From assembly GCA_963535215.1 (NCBI GenBank), contig CAUSWE010000005.1:3077-67076 (forward strand): 64,000 nucleotides of DNA, read 5' to 3'. The stretch comes from an uncultured Granulicatella sp. (GTDB lineage: Bacteria > Bacillota > Bacilli > Lactobacillales > Aerococcaceae). Below the pieces are notes generated by a model. It was not told the DNA's origin. It was given only the letters and a program-made list of their open reading frames with translations, and ran no database searches. Made by a program: the position numbers and the translations under genes. This document shows, one piece after another, positions 31,304 to 41,953 of the stretch (position 1 is the stretch's first letter; each line of letters starts with the position of its first letter).

Positions 31304-32212
31304 TTAACCTAGACGTTGACGAGCATCCGCTGCACGCTGGAACGCTTGTCCAATGTAGTTGATACATAACATCATTACTAAGATTAAAATTGTTGCAGGT
31401 AACCATACCCACATTTTGTTTTCAATAATATCTTGAGTTTTCGCTGCAGAAATTAATGTTCCTAAAGAAGGAGTTGTATATGGTAAACCAAAACCTAAGT
31501 ATGTTAAACCAGTTTCAATACCAATATTTCCTGCTAAACGTAAAATTAAGTTAACAATGATTAATGAACTAATATTAGGTAAAATCTCACGGAACATAAT
31601 TTGTAAATCACTAGAACCTAAAGTCTTAGATGCATTTACATAATCTAAACTAGCTTCTTGTAACGTACGAGTTCTGAATAAACGAGCTGAACCAACCCAG
31701 TAGAACAATGTCATAATTAAAATAAAGTGGAATAATGTATAGTTTGGAATTACTGTTACGAATACGATGATAATCATTAATGTTGGTAAAATCATGATGA
31801 AATCAACAATACGCATTAATGTAGTATCAACCCATTTACCATAGTAACCAGAAATTAAACCAACGATAATCCCGATAATACAAGTTAAAATAGTAATTGT
31901 GAAACCAATTGTTACAGAGTTACGAGCCCCAATAACTAACATCGCGAATACATCACGACCACCTTCATCAGAACCTAATAAAAATCCATTAACTCCTGGT
32001 GCTTTATAACGTTGTAAAATATTTACTTTCAAAGCAGTTGCTTCATTGATGAAGAACGGACCAATGTAAATAAATAAGAAAATTAAAGTTAAGATAATTA
32101 ATGCTGCAAGAGCAATTTTATCTTTTAAAAATTCACGCACAATAACCTGGAACCCTGTAGGTGGGGTAGATACGGTGCTTTCTTTTGTTACATCTTTTTT
32201 ATCTTGCGCCAT
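31304..32212 (-). CDS. oppC: Oligopeptide ABC permease
   Basis: LGSDEGGRD, EAA-like loop, ETGLTYLGFG motifs. Confidence 0.93.
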   Translation of the reverse strand: MAQDKKDVTKESTVSTPPTGFQVIVREFLKDKIALAALIILTLIFLFIYIGPFFINEATALKVNILQRYKAPGVNGFLLGSDEGGRDVFAMLVIGARNSVTIGFTITILTCIIGIIVGLISGYYGKWVDTTLMRIVDFIMILPTLMIIIVFVTVIPNYTLFHFILIMTLFYWVGSARLFRTRTLQEASLDYVNASKTLGSSDLQIMFREILPNISSLIIVNLILRLAGNIGIETGLTYLGFGLPYTTPSLGTLISAAKTQDIIENKMWVWLPATILILVMMLCINYIGQAFQRAADARQRLG

Positions 32213-32229
32213 TTGCTACTCCTCCTTTT

Positions 32230-33192
32230 CTATTGTACGCGAACCCTAGGGTCAACGATACTCATAATAATATCAGATAATAATGTTCCTAATAGTGTTG
32301 CTGTACCAAATAGTAATAACAACGCTAAAATAACAGAATAGTCACGAGATGAAATTGAACTTACAAATAAGTTCCCCATTCCTGGATATGAGAAGATGTT
32401 TTCAATAAACACTGAACCACCGATTAAACCTGTAAATTCATATCCTAAGAATGCTGCAATAGGTAAAATTGAGTTACGGAAAATGTGACGGTTAAATACC
32501 ACTTTTTCAGGAACCCCTTTAGCACGAGCTGTACGAACATAGTCTTGACTCTTCGCATCAATTACCCCAGTTCTTAAATATTGAACTGTACCAGTTGTTG
32601 ATAAAATCGCCATTGTTAATGCAGGTAATAATAAGTGGTGGAATCGATTAATTAAATAAGTAATTGAACCTGGTGATACACCTGAATCAACCGAACCACG
32701 AGTTGGGAACCAACCTAATGTATAACCGAATAACCATAATAGAATTAAGGCAAATACGAATGTTGGAATCGAATAAGTAATGAAGTTATAAACAACGATT
32801 AACTTATCTGCCCATGAGTTTTGATAACGTCCTGCAACCATCCCTAAAGGTAGTGCAATTAAATACGTTAAAATTAATGTTAATAATGATAACCAAACTG
32901 TATTACCAATACGTTCACCAATTAATTTAGTAACAGCATATTTATAAGTATAACTTTGACCAAAGTCTCCTTGGAATGCTTTACCCATCCAACGAACATA
33001 TTGGATATACCATGGATCATAGAAACCAGCTTTCACACGTAAAGCTTCAATAGTATTAGGATCTGTTTCAGGAGTAATCAGACCTGTAAATGGATCCCCT
33101 GGCATCATTTTAGCAATTAAGAATGCCAATAAACTTAAAATTAAAATTTGTGGCACCATTAGTAGCACACGACGTAATATAGTTTTCCACAT
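32230..33192 (-). CDS. oppB: Oligopeptide ABC permease
   Basis: MPGDPF, GDFGQS, DYVRTARAKG motifs. Confidence 0.93.
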   Translation of the reverse strand: MWKTILRRVLLMVPQILILSLLAFLIAKMMPGDPFTGLITPETDPNTIEALRVKAGFYDPWYIQYVRWMGKAFQGDFGQSYTYKYAVTKLIGERIGNTVWLSLLTLILTYLIALPLGMVAGRYQNSWADKLIVVYNFITYSIPTFVFALILLWLFGYTLGWFPTRGSVDSGVSPGSITYLINRFHHLLLPALTMAILSTTGTVQYLRTGVIDAKSQDYVRTARAKGVPEKVVFNRHIFRNSILPIAAFLGYEFTGLIGGSVFIENIFSYPGMGNLFVSSISSRDYSVILALLLLFGTATLLGTLLSDIIMSIVDPRVRVQ

Positions 33193-33195
33193 ATT

Positions 33196-34143
33196 CTAGT
33201 TACCTCCCTTTGCTGACGGATTTAACGCAACAAAATGCGAATCTGACAATTGTTGTAAATCGAATACACGACCTTTTTCGTCATAGTACATTGTTTGATT
33301 TTCTTGATAGAATTTCTCAGCTTCAATACGACGTAATTTGTTCGCTTCACGGTTTACAGGGTCAATAACTGGAATCGCTGATAATAAACGTTTTGTATAA
33401 ATATGTTGTGGATTTGCATAAATATCATCTGCTTTTCCTGTTTCAACAAAACGTCCACGATACATAATGAATAATTCATCACACATGTGTTTTACAACCC
33501 CAAGGTCATGAGAGATGAATAAATAACTTAAGTTAAACTCATCTTGAATACGTTTCATGTAGTTTAATACTTGCGCTTGTACTGATAAGTCCAAAGCTGA
33601 TACTGGTTCATCGGCAATAATTAAACGTGGATTACTTGCTAATGCACGAGCTACCCCAATACGTTGACGTTGTCCACCAGAGAATTGGTGAGGGTATTTT
33701 AATAATGCTTCTTCTGATAAACCGATGATTTCCATTAATTCAATAACTTTACGACGTTCTTCTTCTGGAGATAAACGGTCAAAGTTACGTAATGGCTCAG
33801 CAACGATATCTAAAATACGTTTTTTAGGATTAAAACTTGATAATGAATCCTGGAAAATCATTTGTACATTACGATTGTAATCAGAAGTACGACGACGAGC
33901 TTTATTTGTCACATCTTGACCTTCATATAATACTTTACCACTTGTAACTGGCTCTAAACCGATAATTGATTTACCGATTGTTGATTTACCAGAACCTGAT
34001 TCTCCTACAAGTCCATATGTTTTTCCTTCCTCAATTTCCAATGTAACGCCATCAACAGCATAAACATGATCCGTTACTCGGTTAAAGAAGCCACTTCTAA
34101 TTGGATAGTGAACTTTTAAATCTTCAATTCTTACAAAACCCAT
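33196..34143 (-). CDS. oppF: Oligopeptide ABC ATP-binding protein
   Basis: GESGSGKST, YPHQFSGGQRQR, DEPVSALD motifs. Confidence 0.93.
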   Translation of the reverse strand: MGFVRIEDLKVHYPIRSGFFNRVTDHVYAVDGVTLEIEEGKTYGLVGESGSGKSTIGKSIIGLEPVTSGKVLYEGQDVTNKARRRTSDYNRNVQMIFQDSLSSFNPKKRILDIVAEPLRNFDRLSPEEERRKVIELMEIIGLSEEALLKYPHQFSGGQRQRIGVARALASNPRLIIADEPVSALDLSVQAQVLNYMKRIQDEFNLSYLFISHDLGVVKHMCDELFIMYRGRFVETGKADDIYANPQHIYTKRLLSAIPVIDPVNREANKLRRIEAEKFYQENQTMYYDEKGRVFDLQQLSDSHFVALNPSAKGGN

Positions 34144-35144
34144 TATGCTTCCTCCCCTTCAAAATGGAAATTTTTATAACATGTACAACGAACAAAATGA
34201 CCTTTGCCAACTTCGTGTAATGTTGGATTTTCTTCATGTTCTTCTGCAGAAATCCATGGAATACGAGGAGCAAAACGGCATCCTGTACGTGGTAAGCTTG
34301 GTAATGGAGGAACTGTACCTTCAATTACGTGTAACTCTTGTCCTTCTGAACCAGCTTGAGGAATTGATTGTAATAATGAGCGAGTATATGGATGTTTAGG
34401 ATTTGTAAATAATTCCTCTACAGGAGCAATTTCTACGAATTGTCCAGCATACATCACGGCTACACGGTCAGCAGTTTCCGCAACTACCCCAAGGTCATGC
34501 GTAATTAAAATAATTCCTGATTGTGTTTCTGCTTGAATTTCATTTAATAAATCTAAGATTTGTGCTTGAATCGTTACGTCAAGCGCAGTTGTTGGTTCGT
34601 CAGCAATAATAATTGGTGGTTTACATGATAAAGCAATCGCAATTACAACACGTTGACGCATCCCACCTGATAATTCATGTGGGTATTGTTTAAATGTACG
34701 TTGTGGATTTGGAATTCCTACTTGTGCAAGTAATTCTAATACACGTTCTGTACGTTGTTTTTCATCTAAATCTGTATGATATAATAACGCTTCGTCAATT
34801 TGAGCACCAATGGTCATTAATGGGTTTAATGAAGCCAATGGATCTTGGAAAATCATTCCAATGTCATTTCCACGAATTTTATTATATAAAGTCTCATTTA
34901 AATTCACTAAGTTAACATCATTATAAATAATGTCCCCTGTAATTTTTGTGTTTAATTTATTATGCAAGCCCATAATTGTAGTTGCTAATGTAGATTTACC
35001 ACATCCAGATTCCCCTACAATTGCTAAAATTTCATTTTTCTCTAATGTTAATGAAACACCATCAACTGCATCATAAAAATCATCTTTAATACGAAATCCA
35101 ACATGTAAATCGTTGATTTCTAATAATGGTTTATCGATAGCCAA
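34143..35144 (-). CDS. oppD: Oligopeptide ABC ATP-binding protein
   Basis: GESGCGKST, LSGGMRQR, GCRFAPR motifs. TTG start behind ggagg. Confidence 0.93.
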   Translation of the reverse strand: MAIDKPLLEINDLHVGFRIKDDFYDAVDGVSLTLEKNEILAIVGESGCGKSTLATTIMGLHNKLNTKITGDIIYNDVNLVNLNETLYNKIRGNDIGMIFQDPLASLNPLMTIGAQIDEALLYHTDLDEKQRTERVLELLAQVGIPNPQRTFKQYPHELSGGMRQRVVIAIALSCKPPIIIADEPTTALDVTIQAQILDLLNEIQAETQSGIILITHDLGVVAETADRVAVMYAGQFVEIAPVEELFTNPKHPYTRSLLQSIPQAGSEGQELHVIEGTVPPLPSLPRTGCRFAPRIPWISAEEHEENPTLHEVGKGHFVRCTCYKNFHFEGEEA

Positions 35145-35462
35145 ATTCTATTCCTCCTTTGTCTGAATCGTATGTTTGTCCTACAGCATTCAAATAAATA
35201 ATATTCTTTAAACATTATTGATATTATACGTATTTTCAACTGAAAATGCAAATTGTATGACAATTCCATTTTTAAAATTACGTATGTTTATTCTACCACG
35301 ATTCTTTGAAAATTCCTATGATTTTCTACAGAAATTTTTAATAATTTCCTCATATTTTCTATAAAAATGGTTTCAAAAAGAGTCAACTTGATTGAACTTT
35401 GTATAAATTAATTTTTTCTTATTTCATGTTATAGTTATTTCGTATAATTATAAAACGAAAAA

Positions 35463-35506
35463 GACTTTTAACAGCAGCTAGCGTCCTTTACTACTTGCTA
35501 AAAGTC
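35463..35506 (+). repeat. Minimal copy of the structured repeat, probably the terminator of the oppA at 35519-37303
   Basis: gactttta...gctagcgtcctttactact...aaaagtc, with a T-run on the minus strand. Confidence 0.75.
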
Positions 35507-35518
35507 AATTTCTATCCC

Positions 35519-37303
35519 TTATTTGACTGGATTATCTGCTACTAATTCCATTTCATTAATCGCATTTTTTGGATTATTCGAAGCGATATCCGTACTATAA
35601 TATTTCACTCGTTTATTCACAGCTGTTATTTGATCACCAATTAAAGTTGGGAAAACAAACGCTTGATCATGAACATATTTTTGCCATTCTTTATAATACT
35701 CAATATTTTTAGCATCATCGAATGCACTTTCAGAATTTATTTTATTAAAGATGTCTGTTTGTTCCTTACTTACAAAACGAGTAAAGTTAAACTTCGCATC
35801 TTCTCCGTACAATCCTGTTGGATCTGGGTCAAAACCAGTATTCCATCCAGCGGTATACATATCAATATCTGGGTCATTTGCTTCTACTTTATCATAGAAA
35901 CTATTCACTTCCATCGTACGCCCGTTTACTAATTGAACATTTAATCCAATTTCTTTCCACCATAATAAGTATTGTTGAATTAATGATTCATTCGCATCAT
36001 CTCGAGTACGAGCAATGAAATTAATGGTCAATTTAGAACCATCTTTATTTTCACGTAATCCATCACCATCTACGTCTTTATAACCAGCATCTTCTAACAT
36101 TTTTTTAGCTTTTTCTGGATTATAGGTAAATCCTTCTTGATCTTTGTTATAAACATCTTTGAAGAAAGGTATGATTAAAGAATTCGTTCCTCTTTGTAAT
36201 CCGTTATACAAACTCTTTCCTGCTTGATCAATATCTAATGCATAAGCAATTGCTTGGCGCAAAACCGGATCAGACATTTTTGCATTTGGATTCATCACAT
36301 TTTTGCTAATGGACTCATCCCATTTTCCTAATTGGAATGCTATATATTCATAACCAGAATCTTCACTACCTAATAGAGTGACATTTGTTAAATCTTTATA
36401 CGTATCAAATTGTGCTCTTGGCATTGAAGCGATATCATATTTTCCTGCTTTCATTTCAGACACAATACTATCTGGAGAAACAAGTTCTGCTACTACCTTA
36501 TCTAATTTTGGTCTTCCTTTATAATAGTACTCATTTGCTTTATAAGTCACTGATTCCCCTGGAACGATTGATTCAATGGTAAAGGCACCTAACCCTACTA
36601 CTTTTGTTCCACGAACATAATCGCTTTGTTCCCAATCTTTTACAGGAATCGTTGAAAAAATATGTTTAGGCATAATGTAAGGACTAATTGGTCCCCCTGC
36701 TAACTTCATGGATGGAGTCATTTCTTTATAATGAATTTTTACTGAATAATCATCAATTTTTTCTAAGCCAGAAATACTAGATGCTTCTCCATTATGAAAT
36801 TCTTCCATTCCTTCGATATTTTTATAATTCGCATCATAACGAATACCTGTATAATCTTTATCTCCAATTCCTTCATAAGTAAAGATATAGTCGTCAATTG
36901 TAACTGGTTGTCCATCAGACCATTTATAATCTTTAGAATTCAATGTAACCTTCACTGTTTTTCCGGGAACATCAAATTCAAGCGATGCTAAACCAGAATT
37001 GACTAGCTTACGATTTTCGTCATGTTCAAACATTGTTCCATCAACATAACCTGATAATGCAGAATCTGTTGAATCTGAAGCTAATTCATCAATAAAAAGT
37101 CCATTAAAAGGAGATGCACTTACGATGGCATATTTTAACGTTCCACCTTTTATTGGTGTTCCTTCATGAGTAACTTCCTTTGCAAATGTTCTATCCTTTG
37201 CGTTCGAGTCATTCGCCCCATCTGTAGAGTTTTTCGGAGAACAAGCTCCCAAAACAGCAACTACTGCAAGTGAGGATAAGATTGCCTTGCTTTGTTTTTT
37301 CAT
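35519..37303 (-). CDS. oppA: Oligopeptide-binding lipoprotein (paralog 4)
   Basis: Lipobox LGAC, SBP family 5 motifs (KWSDG.PVT..D). Confidence 0.92.
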   Translation of the reverse strand: MKKQSKAILSSLAVVAVLGACSPKNSTDGANDSNAKDRTFAKEVTHEGTPIKGGTLKYAIVSASPFNGLFIDELASDSTDSALSGYVDGTMFEHDENRKLVNSGLASLEFDVPGKTVKVTLNSKDYKWSDGQPVTIDDYIFTYEGIGDKDYTGIRYDANYKNIEGMEEFHNGEASSISGLEKIDDYSVKIHYKEMTPSMKLAGGPISPYIMPKHIFSTIPVKDWEQSDYVRGTKVVGLGAFTIESIVPGESVTYKANEYYYKGRPKLDKVVAELVSPDSIVSEMKAGKYDIASMPRAQFDTYKDLTNVTLLGSEDSGYEYIAFQLGKWDESISKNVMNPNAKMSDPVLRQAIAYALDIDQAGKSLYNGLQRGTNSLIIPFFKDVYNKDQEGFTYNPEKAKKMLEDAGYKDVDGDGLRENKDGSKLTINFIARTRDDANESLIQQYLLWWKEIGLNVQLVNGRTMEVNSFYDKVEANDPDIDMYTAGWNTGFDPDPTGLYGEDAKFNFTRFVSKEQTDIFNKINSESAFDDAKNIEYYKEWQKYVHDQAFVFPTLIGDQITAVNKRVKYYSTDIASNNPKNAINEMELVADNPVK

Positions 37304-37341
37304 GATTTTCCACCCTTTTTGGTTTATTTTTTATCACTATT

Positions 37342-37378
37342 ATTTTAGCACACTGACCTATCGTTTCAACCGCTTACA
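37342..37378 (-). promoter_or_regulatory. Promoter with a cre site overlapping the -35
   Basis: TGTAAGCGGTTGAA overlaps TTGAAA-16 bp-(TG)c-TAAAAT. Confidence 0.55.
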
Positions 37379-37460
37379 ATCATTTCTTCCCAAACTTTAA
37401 TAAACTCCTCATTAATTCCTATGAAAATCTCATACAAAATTCTCTTATAAAAAGAGCCAT

Positions 37461-37719
37461 GAGACTATCCGTTGTAGCTCAAATATGACACTCGCACAAG
37501 CGAGGCTGCTAGCGTCGTCAGCTACAACAAATAGTATCTTACGCCCCCATCCCAACAACACAAAAGAGCAATGATACTGTATGCTGTAGCCTAAGCAATC
37601 AAAGCCAGAATTTGGCTTTGATTGCAGGAAACTTTGAGACCAAGGCTCAAAGTTTAGCCATGAGATTCGCATCGCGAAGCTGCTGGCGTCCTTAGCTACA
37701 GCAAACAGTATCATTGCTC
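37461..37719 (+). repeat. Array of two structured repeats (short 37461-37540, full 37566-37719)
   Basis: Same core, with a completely different but still paired outer stem (gagcaatgatactgt/acagtatcattgctc). Confidence 0.9.
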
Positions 37720-37726
37720 GCCCCAC

Positions 37727-37762
37727 AAAAAAACTCGACTCAATATCTTTCATTGAGTCGAG
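37727..37762 (-). terminator. Terminator after oppA paralog 3
   Basis: ctcgactcaat/attgagtcgag stem followed by a T-run. Confidence 0.85.
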
Positions 37763-37775
37763 AAAAAATGTGGGC

Positions 37776-39560
37776 TTATTTTGCAGGTTCGTTTGCAGTT
37801 AATTGCAATTTAACCATAGAAGATTTATCATTGTTTGATCCAAGTTTAGTATCAAAGTATTTCACACGTTTGTTAACAGCAGTAACTTTCTCACCAGTAA
37901 TTGTTGGGAAAATAAATGCGTTATCGTGTACATATTTTTGCCATTCTTTATAGAATTGAATATTCTTAGAATTATCAAATGCTTCGTTTGAAGAAATTTT
38001 CTCAATAATCGCATTTCCTTCAGCACTTGAGTAACGTTGGAAGTTGAATTTAGCTGCTTCTCCAAATAATCCTTCTGGATTTGGATCGTAACCAGTTGAC
38101 CAACCAGCAGCAAACATATCAATTTCAGGATCATCAGCTTGAACTTTATCGTAGAAGCTGTTTAATTCAATTGTACGTCCTGTATATAATTGAACATCCA
38201 ATCCAACTTCTTTCCACCATAATAGATATTGTTGAATTAATGATTCATTCGCATCATCACGAGTACGAGCAGCAAAGTTAATTTTTAGTTTAGAACCATC
38301 TTTATTTTCACGTAATCCATCACCATCTACATCTTTATAACCAGCATCATCTAATAATTTTTTAGCTTTTTCTGGGTTATAGGCGAATCCTTCTTGATCT
38401 TTGTTATAAATATCTTTGAAGAATGGAATGATAATTGAGTTTGTACCATGTTGTAATCCATTATACAAGTTTTTACCTGCTGTATCCGGGTCAATCGCAT
38501 AAGCAATTGCTTGACGTAAAGCTACATCACCCATTTTCGGATTTTCACTCAACACATTCTTTCCTTGTTCTTTATCCCATTTACCAAGTTTAAATCCAAT
38601 ATATTCATAAGCTGATTCTAAAGAACTTACAAAAGTCACATTTGTTAAATCTTTAAATGAATCATATTGAGCTGATGGCATACTTGCAATATCATATTTA
38701 CCAGCTTTCATTTCTGAAACAATACTATCTGGAGAAACAACTTCCATTACTACTTTATCAAGGTTTGGACGACCTTTGAAGTAGTTAGGGTTAGCTACCA
38801 TTGTTACAGATTCACCTGGTACCATTGATTCAATTGTAAACGCTCCTAGACCAACGTTAGATTTACCACGAACAGCATCACTTTGTTCCCAATCTGCTAC
38901 AGGAATTTTAGAGAATACATGTTTTGGCATAATATAGCTGCTTACTGAACCTCCTGCTAATTGCATTGAAGGTGTCATTTCTTTATAGTGAATTTTCACT
39001 GTGTAGTCATCTAATTTTTCTAAACCAGAGATAGTTGAAGCTGAACCTTTGTGGTACTCTTCCATTCCTTCGATATTTTTATAATCACCATCATAACGTA
39101 CACCTGTGTAATCTTTATGACCAACTCCTTCATAAGCAAAGATATAGTCATCAATTGTTACTTTTTCTCCATCTGACCATTTATAGTCTTGAGAATTTAA
39201 TTTAACCGTTGCTGTTTTATTTTCTACATCAAATGAAATAGATGCTAAACCACTATTTACTAATTTACGATTATCATCATATTCAAACATTGATTCATCA
39301 ATCATACCTGCAACTGTTGAATCTGTGCTATCTTGTGATAATTCATCAATAAACACACCATTTAATGGTGAAGATGAAACAATTGCATATTTTAAAGTTC
39401 CACCTTTAATTGGTTCACCATCGTGAGTTACTTCAGAAACAAATTTTGATTTATCTGCTCCCTCTGTTGTTGTAGTTGGTGTTGTTGTTTTTGAACCACA
39501 TGCTGCCATCGTCAATGCTACTGCAGCTGTTGGTAACCATAGCCATTTTCTTTTCATCAT
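37776..39560 (-). CDS. oppA: Oligopeptide-binding lipoprotein (paralog 3)
   Basis: Lipobox MAAC, SBP family 5. Confidence 0.92.
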   Translation of the reverse strand: MMKRKWLWLPTAAVALTMAACGSKTTTPTTTTEGADKSKFVSEVTHDGEPIKGGTLKYAIVSSSPLNGVFIDELSQDSTDSTVAGMIDESMFEYDDNRKLVNSGLASISFDVENKTATVKLNSQDYKWSDGEKVTIDDYIFAYEGVGHKDYTGVRYDGDYKNIEGMEEYHKGSASTISGLEKLDDYTVKIHYKEMTPSMQLAGGSVSSYIMPKHVFSKIPVADWEQSDAVRGKSNVGLGAFTIESMVPGESVTMVANPNYFKGRPNLDKVVMEVVSPDSIVSEMKAGKYDIASMPSAQYDSFKDLTNVTFVSSLESAYEYIGFKLGKWDKEQGKNVLSENPKMGDVALRQAIAYAIDPDTAGKNLYNGLQHGTNSIIIPFFKDIYNKDQEGFAYNPEKAKKLLDDAGYKDVDGDGLRENKDGSKLKINFAARTRDDANESLIQQYLLWWKEVGLDVQLYTGRTIELNSFYDKVQADDPEIDMFAAGWSTGYDPNPEGLFGEAAKFNFQRYSSAEGNAIIEKISSNEAFDNSKNIQFYKEWQKYVHDNAFIFPTITGEKVTAVNKRVKYFDTKLGSNNDKSSMVKLQLTANEPAK

Positions 39561-39699
39561 TTTTCATCTCTCCTTAATAAAATCTTCTTTAAAAATTCAT
39601 TTTTTGTTTAAGATGTTATTATATTAACATAAAATTTGGTTTTTGCAAGTCTTTTTTAATCTTTTTTTAATTTATTTTCATTTTATCTCATTTTAAACT

Positions 39700-39742
39700 A
39701 AAAAAAGACTTTTCTCACGGGCATATCCATAAGAAAAGTCTT
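39700..39742 (-). terminator. Terminator after oppA paralog 2
   Basis: aagactttttct.../...agaaaagtctt stem followed by a T-run. Confidence 0.75.
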
Positions 39743-39751
39743 TACATTGAA

Positions 39752-41536
39752 CTATTTAACTTGAGTATCTGATACTACTTCTAATTGATACAATGCTGAT
39801 TTTGAGTTACTTGTTCCAATCTTCGTATCATAATATTTCACACGTTTATTAACGGCTGTAACTAAATCCCCTACTAATGTTGGGAAGATAAATGCTTCGT
39901 CATGTACATATTGTTGCCATTCTTTGTAGAATTCAACATTTTTAGCATCATCAAACGCTTCTGTTGAACTAATGTTATTTATGATACTATTTCCTTTTTC
40001 GCTGACAAAACGAGCAAAGTTAAATTTAGCAGTTTCACCGAATAAGTTTGCTGGGTTTGGATCAAATCCTGTTCCCCATCCAGCTGCAAACATATCAATT
40101 TCAGGATCATCCGTTTGAACTTTTTCATAGAAGTTATTCGATTCAATGGTACGACCAGTATATAATTGAACATCTAGTCCAATTTCTTTCCACCATAATA
40201 AGTATTGTTGAATTAATGATTCATTTGCATCATCACGAGTACGTGCCGCAAATGTAATACTTAATGGAGAACCATCTTTATTTTCACGAATTCCATCACC
40301 ATCAACATCTTTATATCCAGCTTCTTCTAACATTTGTTTTGCTTTTTCTGGATTATATTTAAATCCTTCTTGTTCTGCATTATATACATCTTTGAAGAAT
40401 GGAATAATAATCGAATTTGTTCCACGTTGTAAACCATGGTAAAGAGTTTCACCTACTGTATCCATATCTAATGCATAAGCAATTGCTTGACGTAATACTG
40501 GATCACTCATTTTTGCATTTGGATCAGTGATGTTTTTACCGCTTGCTTTGTCAAATTTTCCTAAATGGAAAGCTACATATTCAAATGAAGATTTAAATGT
40601 ACTTACTAAGTTTACATTTGTTAAATCTTTATAAGATTCATATTGAGCATTTGGCATCTCAGCAATATCATATTTACCAGCTTTCATTTCTGAAACAATA
40701 TTGTCTGGAGATACAATTTCCATGACGACTTTATCTAATTTTGCACGACCTTTGTAGTAATGTTCATTAGGAACTAATGTTACAGATTCACCTGGAATAA
40801 TGGATTCTAACTTGAATGCCCCTAAACCAACGAATTTTGTTCCACGTACATATTCACTCTTATCCCATTCTGCAACTGGAATTGTAGAGAAAATATGTTT
40901 TGGCATAATATAAGCACTTAATGCCCCACCTGCTAATTTCATAGAAGGACGCATTTCTTTAAAATGAATTTTTACAGAATAATCATCGATTTTTTCTAAT
41001 CCAGATACTGAATCTGCTTTTCCTTCATGGAATTCTTTCATTCCCTCTACATTTTCATATTTACTATTATAACGAGAACCTGTGTAATCTTTATGACCGA
41101 TAGATTGATAAGTGAAGATATAGTCATCAATCGATACGGGTTGACCGTCTGACCATTTATAATCTTTAGAATTTAATGTAACAGTGATTGTTTTGCCTTC
41201 AATATCAAAATCAAGACTTGCTAAACCAGTATTTGTTAGCTGTCTATTCTCATCAAATTCAAAAATACTTGAATCAATTTGTGAACTAATCGTTGAATCT
41301 AATGAATCTTGCGCTAATTCATCAATGAATACACCTTTAAAACCAGAAGATGCTACTAAAGCATATTTTAATGTTCCACCTTTAATAGCTTCTGCATCAT
41401 TGACTGCTTCTGTTGCAAACTTTGTTTGTGTTCCTAGTGGTGTTTTAGTAGTTGTTGTTTCTTTATTAGAACTACAAGCTGCTAAAGCTAATACTGTTGC
41501 TGCTGTTGTTACATATAACCAATTCTTTTTCTTCAT
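39752..41536 (-). CDS. oppA: Oligopeptide-binding lipoprotein (paralog 2)
   Basis: Start MKKKNW behind ggagg, lipobox LAAC, SBP family 5. Confidence 0.92.
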   Translation of the reverse strand: MKKKNWLYVTTAATVLALAACSSNKETTTTKTPLGTQTKFATEAVNDAEAIKGGTLKYALVASSGFKGVFIDELAQDSLDSTISSQIDSSIFEFDENRQLTNTGLASLDFDIEGKTITVTLNSKDYKWSDGQPVSIDDYIFTYQSIGHKDYTGSRYNSKYENVEGMKEFHEGKADSVSGLEKIDDYSVKIHFKEMRPSMKLAGGALSAYIMPKHIFSTIPVAEWDKSEYVRGTKFVGLGAFKLESIIPGESVTLVPNEHYYKGRAKLDKVVMEIVSPDNIVSEMKAGKYDIAEMPNAQYESYKDLTNVNLVSTFKSSFEYVAFHLGKFDKASGKNITDPNAKMSDPVLRQAIAYALDMDTVGETLYHGLQRGTNSIIIPFFKDVYNAEQEGFKYNPEKAKQMLEEAGYKDVDGDGIRENKDGSPLSITFAARTRDDANESLIQQYLLWWKEIGLDVQLYTGRTIESNNFYEKVQTDDPEIDMFAAGWGTGFDPNPANLFGETAKFNFARFVSEKGNSIINNISSTEAFDDAKNVEFYKEWQQYVHDEAFIFPTLVGDLVTAVNKRVKYYDTKIGTSNSKSALYQLEVVSDTQVK

Positions 41537-41685
41537 CTCATTCCTCCAAATATTTCTTCTTCCACATAAAGTTCTCATCTCTTTATGTCGAAATCATTCT
41601 ATCATAAATTAAAATAAAAGCAATTTTTTAATTTTTCTCACTTTATTTACTCAAAAAAATGTAATAACCGAACGAAACAAAAAAA

Positions 41686-41944
41686 GACTTCCCGCTGTAG
41701 CTTAGCAATGAGACTCGCATTTGCGAGGCTGCTGGCGTCCTCCGATACTTACAGGGAAGTCATATTCTTTAACGTACCTTCATAAATGAATGAAAAAAAC
41801 ATAGACTTCCCGCCGTAGTAAGAGTACAAGTAGCCAAGCTATTGGCTACTTGTACTGGGGAAAATCGAGACCAAGGCTCGATTTTTAGCCATGAGATTCG
41901 CTTTAGCGAAGCTGCTGGCGTCCCTTACTACTTACAGGGAAGTC
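41686..41944 (+). repeat. Array of two structured repeats (short 41686-41761, full 41804-41944)
   Basis: gacttccc/gggaagtc outer stems, family core and linker. Confidence 0.9.
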
Positions 41945-41953
41945 ATATAAATA

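Noticed and set aside
31164..31412. ORF-track ORFs running through repeats (also 37445-37753 and 37714-37953)
   Set aside because: These are translations of repeat DNA or overlap real genes. They have no RBS or protein motifs.
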